A stretch of DNA of 63,994 nucleotides, the filler included, from Sanchytrium tribonematis (lineage: Eukaryota): the NCBI GenBank assembly GCA_018985235.1. It is 7 parts of 7 records of this genome, joined end to end, with 100 filler letters (N's around TTAATTAATTAA, not from the genome) between each part and the next. Parts side by side here need not be neighbours in the genome. Positions count along the whole stretch, not along the records: positions 1 to 15,762 come from JADGIG010000144.1; 6 more parts are not named here. One strand, 5' to 3'. The notes beneath the pieces are model-generated. The model was not told the origin of the DNA. It searched no databases and saw only the letters and a program-made list of their open reading frames with translations. A program made the position numbers and the translations under genes. Positions 1-11,077 of this stretch are shown piece by piece; the first letter of the stretch is position 1; every line of letters begins with the position of its first letter.

Positions 1-2255
1 CTATTAAAGGTAGAATTAAGCGTTTTGAAATCTGAATTGTCTAGCACTATAATTTCTGGTTCCGACATACCCAATAGTCTTTCCAATCGTTGTTTTTCCA
101 AATTCCATTTTTCATATCCTTTGGAAACGTGCTTGTTAAAATAATTTCTAGTTTTTGTTATTTTTACTTGCGGGTTGGTATCACTGCCTAATGCCACGGC
201 ATTTGCAGAAAATGTTTCCTCATTATTTGAATATTGATATCCAAAATATTTGTTGACAAAATTACGAGCATGTTTTAAATCTTCATAACTTGTGCTAATG
301 AAGGTTTGATGCGAGCTTCTTAGAAACTCAGTAACATCAGCATGCGTGGAAATATCAGCCTTAGGCATTTTCCAAGAAAATCGAGGTGGTTCTGGCCCAA
401 TATTTCGTTTTACAATTTCTAATTCATGACTAAAGATCAATTTAAGGGTATCAGTCATACACAAGCCATCATCCATGATCATCAAGACCAGTTTGTGATA
501 ATCATCGTTGTTTAATTTTTCAATCATGTAATTGGCAATTTCTTCAATTTGAAAGTTTAAAAAGTAGAAGAACTTGAATTCAAAATAGAGACTTTTCCAA
601 TTTGGTGATTTATAATCTTGCCATTTATCATACATTTGCTGTTTCATTTCAGCAGTGCAATTAGTGATTCGGAGTTCACATAGAATTTCAAATCTGCAAT
701 CCAATTTTAAAATAAGTTCAAAAAGATCTAGATTCTCCCAACCGAACTCATCCACAATACCAGAGAAGTCACACTTTACATCGAGTATACCATTACTAAC
801 AAGCCGCTTCAAAATTTCCAAAGTCTGATTTAGCAACTCTAGAGAAACTAAGTCCTCAGCCAGATCCAAGCATCTTTGAACAATTTTGCTATGGTTAGTT
901 TGAATGTTGTTTTCAATTTGATACATCCATGTGTCGATAGCAAGATTAATACTATCCTGTAGAATTACTTTATTCGAGTTCATTAAAAGCTCCTCAAAGG
1001 CTGCTTCGGCGCCTAATTTCTGAAGAATTGATAAAAACTTTCTTTTTGAAGGTACGAGAAGCAAACAATAGGCCTTGTATATTTCATTTTTGCTAGGACC
1101 TGCATTTCCAGTATAGCCCTCATGGTGAGTCTCCACCGGGTCACCCCAACACGAAATATTGTTCGCATCAAAATCGCCTTCCATTGTAAAGAGATTTTCA
1201 TATTTTAGTCCAACAGCACCTTGGTGATTATATTTACGTCCCAATTCATCATACCAAACAATTTGAGTTGAGGAATCAAGCACGGTCTCTCCCATATAAC
1301 TTTCAGGTTCAACTTCTACATGGTACGTTAATTCCACCAAATAAAATGACAGATGGTGATCTTGGGTTAATAGAGCATTTGCTTGCTTCAAATTTTCATA
1401 ATTTTGACGATCTCTTCCTTTGAGGCAGGCCATCCCATTGCCTGCGCTCTTTTCCGTGTACTGGTAGTCTAGTATTATTCCAAAAATGGTCAAGTCTTCG
1501 TTTGAAATAGCGTCCTGTAATACATCTTTAAGTTGGGCTAGTTCATTGGTGTGTTTTAAAGCAGATGGAATTGCTGTGTTTTCTTGCCAAATAAGAGAGT
1601 ATATCAGAACAAGTCGATATCCCTCAGTAACCTCCTCCAAGGTGTGCTCCACATCAGCATAATAAGCGGCGTAATGAATATTAAATTCCGCCATGTTTTT
1701 AAGATTTCCAAATGTGTAGCTTTTTTCCTGTCCAGCATGTCTGGTCACCAATTTTCCACCCTTGTATTTCGAAGGTAACTGAATTATTAATGTTCCAAAC
1801 ACTTTACTTTCTTTTTCCGTATCTTTATACATCTTGAAATGCCCTCCCTTTTCGTAAAGCAGAGTTTTATAAAGTAATGCCTTTGTTCTTCCACTACATC
1901 CCAATTGCTCTGAAACTTGAGCAACAAGCTTTGCAAGTCCCTTATTCCATAAAGGATTTGAAAATGTAATTTGATCAGCATCGACTTCCCAGGTATTTGT
2001 AATGCTTTCATATACAACAGTGTTTGCACTTTTGCCGTAAGGTGAGTTTCGAGCTACAGCCTTAATACTTTCAGCATATTTTACTTCTATAGGTAAAGGA
2101 ATATTACCAACTCCATGTATATGTAGACCAGGCAATGTAGGCAACTTTCTAGCTAATCCACCACAGCTAAATTCTCCAGATTCTTTGATACTATTCAGTA
2201 CATCGCGTATTGCATCGAATGAAAATTGTCCTCCTTGTGTCATTTTCAGCTCCAT
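1..2255 (-). CDS. 2OG-Fe(II) oxygenase-superfamily protein, 3' end runs off window
   Basis: Manual translation from ATG 2255: ...SPYGK...NTWEVD...LYKTLLYEKGGHFKMYKDTEK...FGTLIIQLPS...AYYADVEHTLEEVTEGYRLVLIYSL...LKGRD. Absent from the ORF track, presumably because no stop occurs before the edge. Confidence 0.8.
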   Translation of the reverse strand, partial: MELKMTQGGQFSFDAIRDVLNSIKESGEFSCGGLARKLPTLPGLHIHGVGNIPLPIEVKYAESIKAVARNSPYGKSANTVVYESITNTWEVDADQITFSNPLWNKGLAKLVAQVSEQLGCSGRTKALLYKTLLYEKGGHFKMYKDTEKESKVFGTLIIQLPSKYKGGKLVTRHAGQEKSYTFGNLKNMAEFNIHYAAYYADVEHTLEEVTEGYRLVLIYSLIWQENTAIPSALKHTNELAQLKDVLQDAISNEDLTIFGIILDYQYTEKSAGNGMACLKGRDRQNYENLKQANALLTQDHHLSFYLVELTYHVEVEPESYMGETVLDSSTQIVWYDELGRKYNHQGAVGLKYENLFTMEGDFDANNISCWGDPVETHHEGYTGNAGPSKNEIYKAYCLLLVPSKRKFLSILQKLGAEAAFEELLMNSNKVILQDSINLAIDTWMYQIENNIQTNHSKIVQRCLDLAEDLVSLELLNQTLEILKRLVSNGILDVKCDFSGIVDEFGWENLDLFELILKLDCRFEILCELRITNCTAEMKQQMYDKWQDYKSPNWKSLYFEFKFFYFLNFQIEEIANYMIEKLNNDDYHKLVLMIMDDGLCMTDTLKLIFSHELEIVKRNIGPEPPRFSWKMPKADISTHADVTEFLRSSHQTFISTSYEDLKHARNFVNKYFGYQYSNNEETFSANAVALGSDTNPQVKITKTRNYFNKHVSKGYEKWNLEKQRLERLLGMSEPEIIVLDNSDFKTLNSTFN

Positions 2256-2342
2256 TTGGGCAACCTTAAATAATACTCTCAAAGAACTGCACGATTTACG
2301 CCTATTAACTTAAACCATTTATCCTGCACTACTTTTGAGTTT

Positions 2343-2732
2343 TCAATAATAAGTATAAATTTTTATTAATTGGTTAGCTTTTTTAGAAGGCAACAACATT
2401 TGAATTTGCAATAAGGCAAAATATATTACAAATAGTAGGAATTTGTCAAATATTATTTTGGTTATTATAACTTCAGTTTCCGCTTGGATATTCACATATT
2501 TAACAATTGCATCAGATGACATGATTGTCTCGATATCGGCGGAACCCAAATATACCAACGGGTAGGTCTTCCAGTCCCCATTTGTGTTTGCCAAGCTGTA
2601 AATACTCATACTGTCTTTTAGTTTGGACCATAAGTTGGTCTTTTTCTCAGGTTTGTGGCTTTTTGTACCGACTCTGTTATTTCTTTTGAAAAATTTAATT
2701 TTTTGTAAACGCAGGCGAATTGTGGTGAACAT
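2343..2732 (-). CDS. small hypothetical protein, copy 1 of duplicated ORF
   Basis: 129-aa ORF nearly identical to 6691..7029; several differences are synonymous. Confidence 0.45.
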   Translation of the reverse strand: MFTTIRLRLQKIKFFKRNNRVGTKSHKPEKKTNLWSKLKDSMSIYSLANTNGDWKTYPLVYLGSADIETIMSSDAIVKYVNIQAETEVIITKIIFDKFLLFVIYFALLQIQMLLPSKKANQLIKIYTYY

Positions 2733-2877
2733 GTCAAGGTCCGTGCGTGGGGTAGTAAATTTGGATTCTATCTAATTTCGAGCCACTTGATTGGTCAAAC
2801 TGTTTCGTATTTGTGGACAAGCGTGCTTTGCAAGAGGTTAACGCATAGAAAGATATTGAAATTTTTAAAAATTGGTC
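2457..2877. repeat. ~420-bp direct repeat, copy 1
   Basis: Near-identical to 6754..7173. Confidence 0.95.
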
Positions 2878-3035
2878 CCACTTGATTGGTCAAACTGTTT
2901 CATGTTCTTGGTTGAGTTTATTAAAATGTTTTTCGTTTTACTCCTTCTGCAAAAAAATAAACGAAACTATTCTTTTGTGGGTGTCGGAAACATATCTCCC
3001 CTGATTTCGTGGTAAATTTGAAAAGCTATAAGAAT

Positions 3036-6000
3036 TTATTCTTTCTCTTCCATCTGCAATGGAATCGGATTGGAACCTTGAAATGCTTTTGTCACTCTCA
3101 TCTTGGTCTGTATTTCTCCAATTGCATGTTGCCACCGAATTCGTTCTGCATTCATAATGACTCTCTCAGATTTGAAAGACGTACAACAAAATATTCGATT
3201 CGGAACCAGTCTGGCAAAAATACCAACAAATAGTCCGACAAATCCTAGGGCTATACTCAATAGCCAATAATAAGCACCAACTGGTGCAATTTTAAATATA
3301 GATCCACCAATAAACATTATGATGAATTGCAATGCTACTGTCAAAATCATAACTCCACAAAAATACAAGTTCTTGAGCAAATTGTGAAAAATATTCAATT
3401 TGTTGTCTAGTCGTCTGCAGCTAAATAAATCAAAATTACTTGATTTCATTAAATAATTGCATAAAAACAAAAGTGTTGAAAATAATTCCATCTAATTCAT
3501 ACTGTTCTCCGATTGAAAGGTCATTCTGAAGCTTTCCAAAAAACAATTCTGGCCCCAGAAAATTGAGGATGCAAGATACAATAATCTGATAAACACATTG
3601 AAAAGAAATCATTTTCCACATATTCAAAGTAATCAAGGGCGCATTTCTAGATTCAGGGTATCTGTCAAGCACTTCATCTGATGGATATTCAGTCGCCAAT
3701 GCCAATGCTGCAAATGAATTCATAATCATATTAATCCAAAGTAATTGGATTGAATTTAAAGCCGCTGATGGTCCAGCTATTCCAGTTACGAATGTTACAA
3801 TAACCGCAGTAATACTAACTGTCAATTGGAATTGTAAAAATTTCTTAATGGCATCATTCACAGTTCTACCCCACATCAATGCACGGACAATTGATGAAAA
3901 ATTATCATCCATCAGAATAATCGAGGAAGCTTCTTTTGCTACTTCTGTTCCAGATATTCCCATGGAAAATCCAACATCTGCCTTCTTTAGTGCAGCTCCA
4001 TCATTAGTACCGTCCCCTGTCACCGCTACAACTTCGCCCATTTCTTGCAACTTTTCCACTAAAAGTTGTTTGTCCAATGGAGACGATCTCGCTAATATTT
4101 GTAGTTTTGGAAGTATCTTCTTCATATCTGCATCATTTAATTCTCGAAATTGAGGACCCTCCATACAGATACCACCTTTAATGTATATCCCACATTTAGA
4201 AGCAATGGCTTTGGCGGTGTTGATGTTATCTCCTGTCACCATTCTAACAATGACTCCAGCTTTGTGACATTTTTGAACGGCGTGAGTGACTTCTGGTCGC
4301 AAAGGATCTTCAATTCCAAAGATGCCAAGTAAAGTCATATTTTCGGTAGGAGGAAATCCGCCTTCTTCAAGATGCAATTGTGAAAATTCTTCTTCTGAAA
4401 AATCTCGATATGCAATAGCAATGGTTCTTAAAGCATTTTGAGCGTACTGCTTGATTAATTGATCAATTTTCAACGTTATTTCTGGAGAGATTGAAGTGGT
4501 CGTATTTTTTAATTGAATTTGGCTGCAATAATGAAAGACAATCTCACTAGCACCTTTGGTATGCAATCTGTAACAGACTTTGCCATTTAGAATCATCTTG
4601 ACGATTGTTGACATTGATTTTTTTTCACTTGAAAACGGAAAACGCGATTCAATTTGTAAAGTATCATGAAACTCTGAGAAACACACTCCGTATTTACTTT
4701 GCCACTCAAGCAAAGCGGTTTCAGTTTTATTTCCCACAAAGCGTGTCTTATTATCTACTCTCTCCTCAAAAGCCGAACAATTGGATGCAATACCTTCCAT
4801 CAAAATATTCCAAACATTTGGCTCTATTAATGTCTTGACTTCACTGTCATTTTCATTTTCCCACGAAGCAGAATTATCAATCATTCCACTTACTACTGTC
4901 ATGTTATTTTGAGTCAAAGTTCCAGTTTTATCAGAGCAAATTGTAGTGGCATGTCCCATCACTTCACAAGCACTAATGACTCTGACAAAGTTGTTATCTT
5001 TAATCATCCTCTTTCCGGCATAAACTAGAGCCAAGGTGATAGCTAAGGGCAATCCTTCAGGTACTGCAACTACCACGATAGTTATGGTTTCCGTAAATAT
5101 TTCTAGGAATTCTATGCCGATAGAAGCTGGATCTTCAAAGTTATTGTTAACAGCTTCCGAGATTAGCATTTTCAAAACAAGAGCAAAAAATAACACCATT
5201 CCTGCAGTAATACCTAATTTTGCAATTACAGAAGTAAGGCGCATCAACTTTTCTTCGAGTGGTGTGGGCTTTTCTTCTACATTTAAAGCCAACATAGTCT
5301 TTCCGTGAAATGAATTGACACCTACTGCGGTAACTAGATATTTACCAACACCCTCTGCTACTTTAGCCCCACTAATCATAAATACATCCGAACCTTGCTT
5401 CTTCTCGATAAGGTCTGATTCTCCTGTGGTAGTGCTCTCATCGCATTTTAGATTGTAACCACTCAGAAATATCCCATCCACCAAAATAAGATCACCGGGT
5501 TCCATTTCAACAATGTCGCCAACTACAGCTTCCTTTGAGGAAATAATTTTAGTCTTTCCGTTTCTATACACTTTTACTTGTCGATCTTCTTTCTTCGCAC
5601 ATAATTTTCGATACTGTAACTCCTTTTGAAAATTATTTAGCGAGCTCACCGAAACTACAACAATCACGGCAATAAAAATTGCCACTCCTTCTGCCCAAGG
5701 TGCCTCATGATTTTGACCGTCCTCTGTAGGAATCACATTAAGTGATTGTAGAATTCCAATAATTGTACTGACGGCTCCCACAACAATCAGAATTCGTAGC
5801 ATTTTATCTGTAAGCGTATCATTTACAATCGATAAGAGAGATTTTCGTGCGACTGGTGGAAGTACATTTTCACCGAACCACAATCGTCTCTTGTCAAACA
5901 GTTTGCGTTCGTGAAGGAGTAGCGAATTGTAAGGTGCGTAATGATCGATTTCTTCATCAATTGTTTCATCAATATTGCCTTCAACAAGTCCAGTCGAACC

Positions 6001-6165
6001 ATTCACACCCAATTTATTCATTAAACCGTCCACTCCATTTAATTCTTTCAGCAACTCGGAATTTTTAGGATCAATCAATTGAGATAAGGTTTCAAGATCG
6101 ATGTCGTAAGGATTTTTGGAGATATCCACACTGTGGTACGTCTTTTTCAAATTTGTGCCAGACAT
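3036..6165 (-). CDS. PMC1: P-type IIB Ca2+-ATPase (PMCA/PMC1-like), two exons: 6165..3440 and 3420..3036
   Basis: TGES, PEGLPLA, CSDKTGTLT, KGASE, TGDN, GDGTND motifs; removing the 19-nt intron 3421..3439 restores FNEINCRRLD. Confidence 0.95.
3421..3439 (-). other. 19-nt spliceosomal intron
   Basis: GTAATTTTGATTTATTTAG; excision joins two ORFs in frame through a conserved motif. Confidence 0.9.
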
Positions 6166-6690
6166 AAATTATTAACGTTTCAAGACGTTTGGCCTCTCCA
6201 CTCAGATTTGCCGCACCTTAAGAACACGTGGTTGATAAACATTTCCATCATGACATCTTGCGCCAATCTAAGTCTCAAGTCAAACATGATAAAGTTGATA
6301 ACTTTATAGATTAGTCTAATATGTCTCTTAAAATAATCAGTTTAAAAGGATTACGCGGAGTCATTTCCGAGAAATTGAGAAAAGGGTCTGTGTAGTATAT
6401 GTGTTGTTTCTTGGAAGCTTTATGCCAGATATTCAGTTCAAGCTCGACTTTTACTCATCTCTTTATTTTACGAATGGCAGGTATTCTAGACGGTGTTTTG
6501 ATTCTTTTCAATCAAGCACAAGGACGATTCTTCAATATTTTGTGAAATAAGTAATTAAAGAGAATTCCATTCATGCTTTAATTTCAAGCCAAACAGAGGT
6601 ACCTCAAACTACTTTACAGATCCAAATGAGCTTATATTGATATGCGTTGTAAAAATTAATTGAATTTTTTATTAGTTTTTAAGACTGGAT

Positions 6691-7029
6691 TCAACTAAAG
6701 ATCTTCAATAAGGCCAAGTAAATTACTAAAAATAAGATTCTGCTAATTCTACCTTTGGTTATTATAACTTCAGTTTCCGCTTGGATATTCACATATTTAA
6801 CAATTGCATTAGATGACATAATTGTCTCGATATCGGCAGAACCTAAATATACCAACGGGTAGGTCTTCCAGTTCCCATTTGTGTTTGCCAAGCTGTAAAT
6901 ACTCATACTGTCTTTAAGTTTGGACCATAAGTTGGTCTTTTTCTCAGGTTTGTGGCTTTTTGTACCGACTCTGTAATTTCTTTTGAAAAATTTAATTTTT
7001 TGTAAACGCAGGCGAATTGTGGTGAACAT
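6691..7029 (-). CDS. small hypothetical protein, copy 2 of duplicated ORF
   Basis: 112-aa paralog of 2343..2732. Confidence 0.45.
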   Translation of the reverse strand: MFTTIRLRLQKIKFFKRNYRVGTKSHKPEKKTNLWSKLKDSMSIYSLANTNGNWKTYPLVYLGSADIETIMSSNAIVKYVNIQAETEVIITKGRISRILFLVIYLALLKIFS

Positions 7030-7173
7030 GTCAAGGTCCGTGCGTGGGGTAGTACATTTGGATTCTATCTAATTTCGAGCCACTTGATTGGTCAAACTGT
7101 TTCGTATTTGTGGACAAGCGTGCTTTGCAAGAGGTTATTGCATAAAAAGATATTGAAATTTTGAAAATTGGTC
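6754..7173. repeat. ~420-bp direct repeat, copy 2
   Basis: Near-identical to 2457..2877. Confidence 0.95.
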
Positions 7174-7450
7174 TTTAACCGCCAAGACAAATCTACGGAA
7201 ATTATTTAAACTCAGACTAATTTACAATAAATCAAATTCTCAGAGGTTTTAAAAAAATGATATTGTTTCCAGATACCAGAGTTGTTAAATATTTGGGCGC
7301 AATGGACTGGAAAACTATATCCAAAGAATGAGTTTGATTGGTCGAATTTAGCCATTTCTCGAGCGATTTGTCACCAAAATCTCAGACTTCATTTAATTGG
7401 ACATCGGTAATGTCTGTTGGTATATAGTACATCAAACAGAAAATACGTAA

Positions 7451-10400
7451 ATGTTGCTCATGGGTTTGACTTTTGGTGCTCAAACTTATGTGACAATCGC
7501 TAATAGCTATCTGGAAGGTTCGCGTTATACCGTATTAGCGAACAAAAACTCCAACAATTGTCAATCTGCGTGCACATTGGATACATATTGTATAGCTGCT
7601 GCAAGCAATATTAAAGATAATACGTGTCATTTGTACTGGTATGGTATGTTGGACTACAATATTGATTGGGGAACATACCAAAAATATGATACTGGATTCG
7701 CATTGTATATCAAATCACAATACTATGCAAATTCGCAAATAGACCTTTCGACTTTATCCATGTATTCTTTGACCAATGGCTGGTTGTACCAAGCCTATGC
7801 TCAACCATTGGGAGGAATGTCGCCATCAAGTGCATCAAATATTGTCACTCTACTTACAGGTGATTCTAGCAACTATGCATATTCCAATACCAATTTGACG
7901 GGTTGGCAACGAACCACCAATGCATTCACAAATGCTCAAAGACCCTTTTTAGTTTATGCAACAGCTGATACAGTAGATGAATTTGGTGCTACAATTGCGG
8001 ACGAAACTATGGTTTTGAATGATGGATTTGCCATCAAAACTGCAGTTCATTACTTATTTACAGACACAAAGTTAACGAAAGTCTGGGTAGATAACAATTT
8101 GGCAGCTGATATCTATAGTCAAACAACTGACAGAAGTATGTACGATTGTTTGATGACTTGTGTGGAAGCAGGTAAATCTAAATGCTACTGGGTGGGCTAC
8201 GAGTACTTGTACAGAAGATGCACTATTTACACTTACAATTTGGATGGCGACCAGTATTTTGGAAAATCAATTGGGAGCGAGCTATTCATTTTAGATGTCA
8301 ATGCTTACAACGCAAAGCCATACGTAGACTCTCAAATCACTACTGGTGCGCTTTTGGGCTCAAATATTGCTTCAACCATGAATGCTTGCTATACAACTTG
8401 CTCTACGACGACAAACTGCAAAGGTGTCAATTTTGATTCCATCAATCAAAAGTGCCAACAATATTCTAGCATCACGACCATTTCTGCAAACAAACCAGGT
8501 TACTTAGTTTTCCGTGCTGATGAATCTAAAACGACTCAAAGCAAAGAAGCAAGTTTGTATACTTCTGCATCAAAATATCAAAGTTACTTGGACCATCAAG
8601 AAAGTCTACTAGAAAGCTCTTTAGAGCACAGCGCTTCATTATATGAAAGTATTATGGAACACCAACAAAGTTTACAAGATTCTCTTGATTTATGGAGTTA
8701 TACGAAAGAATTAAGGGATGAGTTTACTCAAGCAAAAAGAGAATCTTTGACTCAATCCTTACAAGATTGGTCTGACATTCAAGCTGAGATCACTCAGGCA
8801 AGTAGGGAATCTTTGACACAATCTTTACAAGAATGGTCCGAAATTCAAGCAGAAAAGAGTCAACTTGCCAAAGAGTCTTCTATTGAAAAGAGCCAAAGTA
8901 TTTACGAAAGCTATCTAGATCATTTACAATCTTTGCAAGACAGTTTGGAAATTTGGAGTGAAAAACAAGCAGAAAGTACAGCTTCATATCAAGATAAGCA
9001 AGAGTCAATCACTGCAAGTTTACAAGACTGGTCCGAAGCTCAAAAGGAGTATACTCAACAACATTCTGAGGAGCTATATGAATCTTATTTGGAACACTTA
9101 CAATCTTTACAAGATAGTTTAGATATTTGGAGTGAGAAGCAAGCTGAAAGTACTGTCTCTTATTTAGAAAAACAAGACTCACTAACTGCTAGCTTACAAG
9201 ATTGGTCCGAAATTCAAAAAGAATACACCCAACAACACTCAGAGGAACTTTATCAATCTTACTTGGATCACCTTCAATCTTTGCAAGATTCTTTGGAGGT
9301 ATGGTCTGAAAAAGAACAAGAAAGTACTGTAAACTATTTAGCAAAGCAAGAAGAAAGCACTGCTTCCTACTTGGAGCACCAAGATTCTTTGACTGCCAGT
9401 TTACAAGATTGGTCCGAAATTCAAGCAGAATCGACTCAATCTCTAAGAGAATGGAGTGCTGCTCATTCTGAAGAACTCTATCAAAGCTATTTGGAACACA
9501 GTCAAAGTATTTATGACTCCTATTTGGAACACAAAGAATCCTTAGATGAAAGTCTGGCTGTGTGGAGTCAAAACGAAGAAGTCAGCACTGCATCTTGGTT
9601 TGAGCATCAAGATTCTATTACAGCAAGCTTACAAGCTTGGTCTGATATTCAAGCTGAATTTACAGTCAGTCTACAAGAATGGTCTGCAGCTCATTCTGAA
9701 GAACTTTATCAAAGTTACCTTGAGCATTCTCAAAGTGTGTATGACTCTATTGTGGAGCACCAAGCTTCTTTAGACGAAAGTTTAGCTGTTTGGAGTGCCA
9801 AAGAAGACGAATCTACAGCATCATATCAAGCCCGCCAAGAGTCCTTGACAGAATCATTGGGTGCATGGTCAGAAGCCCAAAACGAGTTGACTCAAAGCTT
9901 AAATGAATGGTCCGCAGCACACTCTGAAGAAGTTTACCAATCTTATTTGGAACGCCAAGAATCTTTGGCTGCTTGGTCAGAAGCACAAAATGAAGTAACT
10001 GCCAGTCTTAAAGAATGGTCAGCTGCTCACTCTGAAGAAGTTTATCAATCCTATTTGGACCATCAACAATCTTTGACAGAATCTCTAGCTGCATGGTCAG
10101 AACTTAATGCTGCTAATGAAGATGCAATTACTTCCAGTTTAGAAGCTTGGAGTGCATTACATGGTCAAGAAATAGCTGATCAAGAAGCTGCTTTGACCCA
10201 AAGCTTGCAAGAATGGAGTGCAGTACACTCTGACGAATTGTGGGCTTCAATGGAAGAATCATTGGTTGAGTGGTCACTAGAACACAGTGATGAAATTTAT
10301 CAAAGTGAATTGGACCACGAACAATCATTAGCGGACAGTCTTCGAGAATGGAGTGATGCGCTCATTGAATTAACTTGGTCTTTAAGAGACTGGAGTGATA

Positions 10401-10867
10401 TCCAAGCTGAGTTGACTTATTCTTTACAAGAATGGTCTATTGAACAAGATATTATCACTGAGTCATTAAGAGGATGGTCGGAATTACATGTTTCTAAAAC
10501 AACGTCTTCGGCACTATCAGAGTCAATCACTGCTTCAATGACTTCTGCTAAACTAGTTGTTAGGGCAGTAAGCAGCTCTGTTGGTAAATCAAGTGATAGC
10601 ACGATTGAAACTACTGATTCTAGCAGTTTTTCAACAACTTCATCAGAAACAACTCTATTAAACGCATCTGTTGAACCAATTGCATCTGCTACTGAGGAAT
10701 TGATCAATTTGTCCATTCCAATTTCTTCCACTTACACTGCTAGATTGAATGAAACTTTATTACCTGTCGGTACGAGCTCATCTATTTATGTGGGTGTAGT
10801 TCAAAATCAAAATAGCGCCAGCCAATTCAACTGGATGGCACTCTCCTTGATTTTATTGTGGATTTAA
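7451..10867 (+). CDS. secreted, probably GPI-anchored surface protein with PAN/apple-like Cys domains and a long SLQ(D/E)WS helical repeat stalk
   Basis: Short hydrophobic N-terminus, three CxxxC...C modules, ~650 aa of repeats, S/T-rich region, hydrophobic C-terminus. Confidence 0.8.
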   Translation: MLLMGLTFGAQTYVTIANSYLEGSRYTVLANKNSNNCQSACTLDTYCIAAASNIKDNTCHLYWYGMLDYNIDWGTYQKYDTGFALYIKSQYYANSQIDLSTLSMYSLTNGWLYQAYAQPLGGMSPSSASNIVTLLTGDSSNYAYSNTNLTGWQRTTNAFTNAQRPFLVYATADTVDEFGATIADETMVLNDGFAIKTAVHYLFTDTKLTKVWVDNNLAADIYSQTTDRSMYDCLMTCVEAGKSKCYWVGYEYLYRRCTIYTYNLDGDQYFGKSIGSELFILDVNAYNAKPYVDSQITTGALLGSNIASTMNACYTTCSTTTNCKGVNFDSINQKCQQYSSITTISANKPGYLVFRADESKTTQSKEASLYTSASKYQSYLDHQESLLESSLEHSASLYESIMEHQQSLQDSLDLWSYTKELRDEFTQAKRESLTQSLQDWSDIQAEITQASRESLTQSLQEWSEIQAEKSQLAKESSIEKSQSIYESYLDHLQSLQDSLEIWSEKQAESTASYQDKQESITASLQDWSEAQKEYTQQHSEELYESYLEHLQSLQDSLDIWSEKQAESTVSYLEKQDSLTASLQDWSEIQKEYTQQHSEELYQSYLDHLQSLQDSLEVWSEKEQESTVNYLAKQEESTASYLEHQDSLTASLQDWSEIQAESTQSLREWSAAHSEELYQSYLEHSQSIYDSYLEHKESLDESLAVWSQNEEVSTASWFEHQDSITASLQAWSDIQAEFTVSLQEWSAAHSEELYQSYLEHSQSVYDSIVEHQASLDESLAVWSAKEDESTASYQARQESLTESLGAWSEAQNELTQSLNEWSAAHSEEVYQSYLERQESLAAWSEAQNEVTASLKEWSAAHSEEVYQSYLDHQQSLTESLAAWSELNAANEDAITSSLEAWSALHGQEIADQEAALTQSLQEWSAVHSDELWASMEESLVEWSLEHSDEIYQSELDHEQSLADSLREWSDALIELTWSLRDWSDIQAELTYSLQEWSIEQDIITESLRGWSELHVSKTTSSALSESITASMTSAKLVVRAVSSSVGKSSDSTIETTDSSSFSTTSSETTLLNASVEPIASATEELINLSIPISSTYTARLNETLLPVGTSSSIYVGVVQNQNSASQFNWMALSLILLWI

Positions 10868-11077
10868 ATAAAATTATACCTTAAAATACTTTATTTAAAT
10901 GTTTGACTTCTATTTACGCTCTTTTCTTTTGAAATTATTGAATTTTCACCAATAAAATCATTTCTACGTAACGGTTTAAATTCACGCACCAATAAACAAG
11001 AAAATGATGCAGTTTTTGAAGATTTTACATATATCCAAATGAGATGATCAACTTCAAAATTTTTCCTGATCAGATTA

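Noticed and set aside
6726..6752. 27-nt GT-AG candidate intron in duplicated ORF copy 2
   Set aside because: In frame, not required, and splice sites are absent in copy 1
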